Shown: positions 62,340-64,000 of the stretch, piece after piece
Layout: each line of letters begins with the position of its first letter
Numbering within the stretch: the stretch's first letter is position 1
Source of the DNA: Lophium mytilinum
Taxonomy: Eukaryota
DNA: 64,000 bases
Direction: 5' to 3'
NCBI GenBank assembly: GCA_010093605.1
Contig: MU004201.1
Coordinates: forward strand, 501,106-565,105
Made by a program: the position numbers and the translations under genes
Notes under the pieces: generated by a model
Database searches by the model: none
The model's input: the letters and a program-made list of their open reading frames with translations, nothing else
Told to the model about the DNA's origin: nothing

Positions 62340-64000
62340 CTAGTAATGAACTAAGTGAAACATGCTGTAGTGATAAAGAGCGAGTCTTGCATTGTGCATC
62401 AAGGAGTGTTGTAGATGAATGCAGTAAGGAGCGTATTTTGATGAATGAATGGAGCATCCGTTGATGGCGGACGATGGCAATAGCGCGCGAAGGTGAAGAG
62501 GAGCGATATCCTGTGGCGATAGCTGGCAGGAGCGTTGTAGTGGTGAATGGGTAAAGCGTCTAGTATCAGTGATGGCTAACAACCTGTGATGATGGCTGAT
62601 ATCTTATAGTAATAGCTGGCATCCGTATGGCGATGGCTGTGCATCTAGGAATGCATCGAAGAAGCCATCTAGGAAAGCATGCTAATGATGCTGGGCGCGA
62701 GGATCTGCTATTAACACCCTGCAGGAATGGTCGGACGACCTGAGGCTCATGGTAGCTTTGAATGAAGCCGGGCTTATTACCTATTAAATGCAGGCCATTG
62801 CGTCTAATGTTAGGTGGAAGATAAGCTAATATACGGAAATGCACCCACGTTTGCTACCGTGATTACTCGCTATGGTGATTGACCTAATCTGACACCGGAG
62901 CAACTCTTATACCTACGCCGAGGGGCTCACTTGCACAATCTGCCTGGTACGACTAATTGTGATGGCAAGAGTCACGGTTTTCCTCCTGCAAGCTATGCTA
63001 AGGGGCTCCTCGCCCAAGCTGCCTGGCGTGGCTAATAAGCGCGTTCCTCTTCATCTAAACCAACCGGACAACTCTCACGTTAAAGCTGTCTAGCATAGCT
63101 TATAAGGAACGCATTTCTCCTCCTATAAACAATGCTGAGGGGCTCTTAGTCCAAGCCGCCGGCTTAGCTAATAATAACGAGAATTCGGCTTCAATATTGC
63201 CCTGAACAACGTCCTTTACAACAATCTCCTAGAGACGGCGGCAACCTCCCACCCAATAAAAGAAGGCTGTCATACGCCCACCATAAGAAGGTCCTGTTTA
63301 TCATGAACGGCTAAGAACGTAGTTGGATGGCGTATATTTTAATTCAAGGACTATCTCTAAATAGTAAAGAGTTTACGGGCTACAGCTCTAGAACTTTCAG
63401 GGAATATAGTTTAGGCGATAAGGCCTTCGGATACCTTCTGCGCCATTGAGTGTAATAAAGTCGCATTTAATGGCCCCAACTCTTAATTCATGCCCTCTAT
63501 TGAGGCTCGCTGGGCAATCTCCTGGTCTAGCTGAGACTGGAGAGATAAAGCTCGAGCTTGAAATTCTTTACGTCGAGTGCGCCTAAGGATTGTCAGTGTT
63601 GCCTGCGTTGTGTTGACAGCCTATTGGAGTTATATATCAATATCTTCCGCATTACCTAGCTAGGGACCGTTGGCGTATTGAACGCATGGTAGATAATTAT
63701 GAGCCTCGCTATAAGAAGCTATCTGGATCTCGTTATCACGTTAGCCTGGAGCTCTAGGTCCTGCGGGTTGACGCTGTCTAGGACGGCCTTAATAAGGAAG
63801 CATCTCGCGGAAAGGATTAGCCAGCTCTGTTGTCGGTTAGTAGCGAGCGGCGAGCGCGAGGTAAGGCCTTCGGAGACCTCGCCCCGCTCCAGCTTAGATG
63901 ATTCCTCCAGCCTAGACTTCTTTAGGCGCTCCGCCTCTTTAAGAGCCCATATCGGTTTCGGCGACAATAGATGCGGATGAGAGGGCGTATGGGGTTGAGA
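62340..64000 (-). pseudogene. Decayed orphan gene or genes with a coiled coil and internal duplications
   Basis: Reads …TQATLTILRRTRRKEFQARALSLQSQLDQEIAQRASIEG… with TAA/TAG stops. Duplicated blocks at about 62190/62785 and 62980/63115. Confidence 0.35.

Overview
Filamentous-ascomycete DNA, probably Dothideomycete-like (inferred from the UTP18 fragment), shaped by repeat-induced point mutation (RIP). Three zones. (1) 1-23.8 kb is a moderate-GC gene graveyard of pseudogenes broken by TAA/TAG stops at Gln/Trp codons. It holds a UTP18 C-terminal fragment, an NF-YA/HapB-domain gene, an ATP-grasp-like gene, a TAP-like alpha/beta hydrolase, an ankyrin scrap and two head-to-head halves of a dynamin/Mx-like GTPase. 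It also holds several intronless orphan ORFs, one built of three copies of an unrecognised domain and interrupted by a hAT-type MITE. (2) 23.8-61.6 kb is an AT-rich, heavily RIPped nest of transposons: two inverted full-length Tad1-like LINEs, a Copia element containing a Mutator element and one of the LINEs, a hAT element, two long-TIR MITEs, solo LTRs and pervasive (GATA)n arrays with three N gaps. (3) 61.6-64 kb is another decayed orphan gene region. The standout is at 38515-39446: an apparently intact three-exon gene, with a GC-AG intron and only partly captured by the ORF track, encoding a 183-aa His-Cys box (I-PpoI-like) homing-endonuclease-like protein. It lies outside any rDNA or group I intron, in the middle of the RIP-degraded TE nest. 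All family calls come from motifs recognised by eye; no searches were run.
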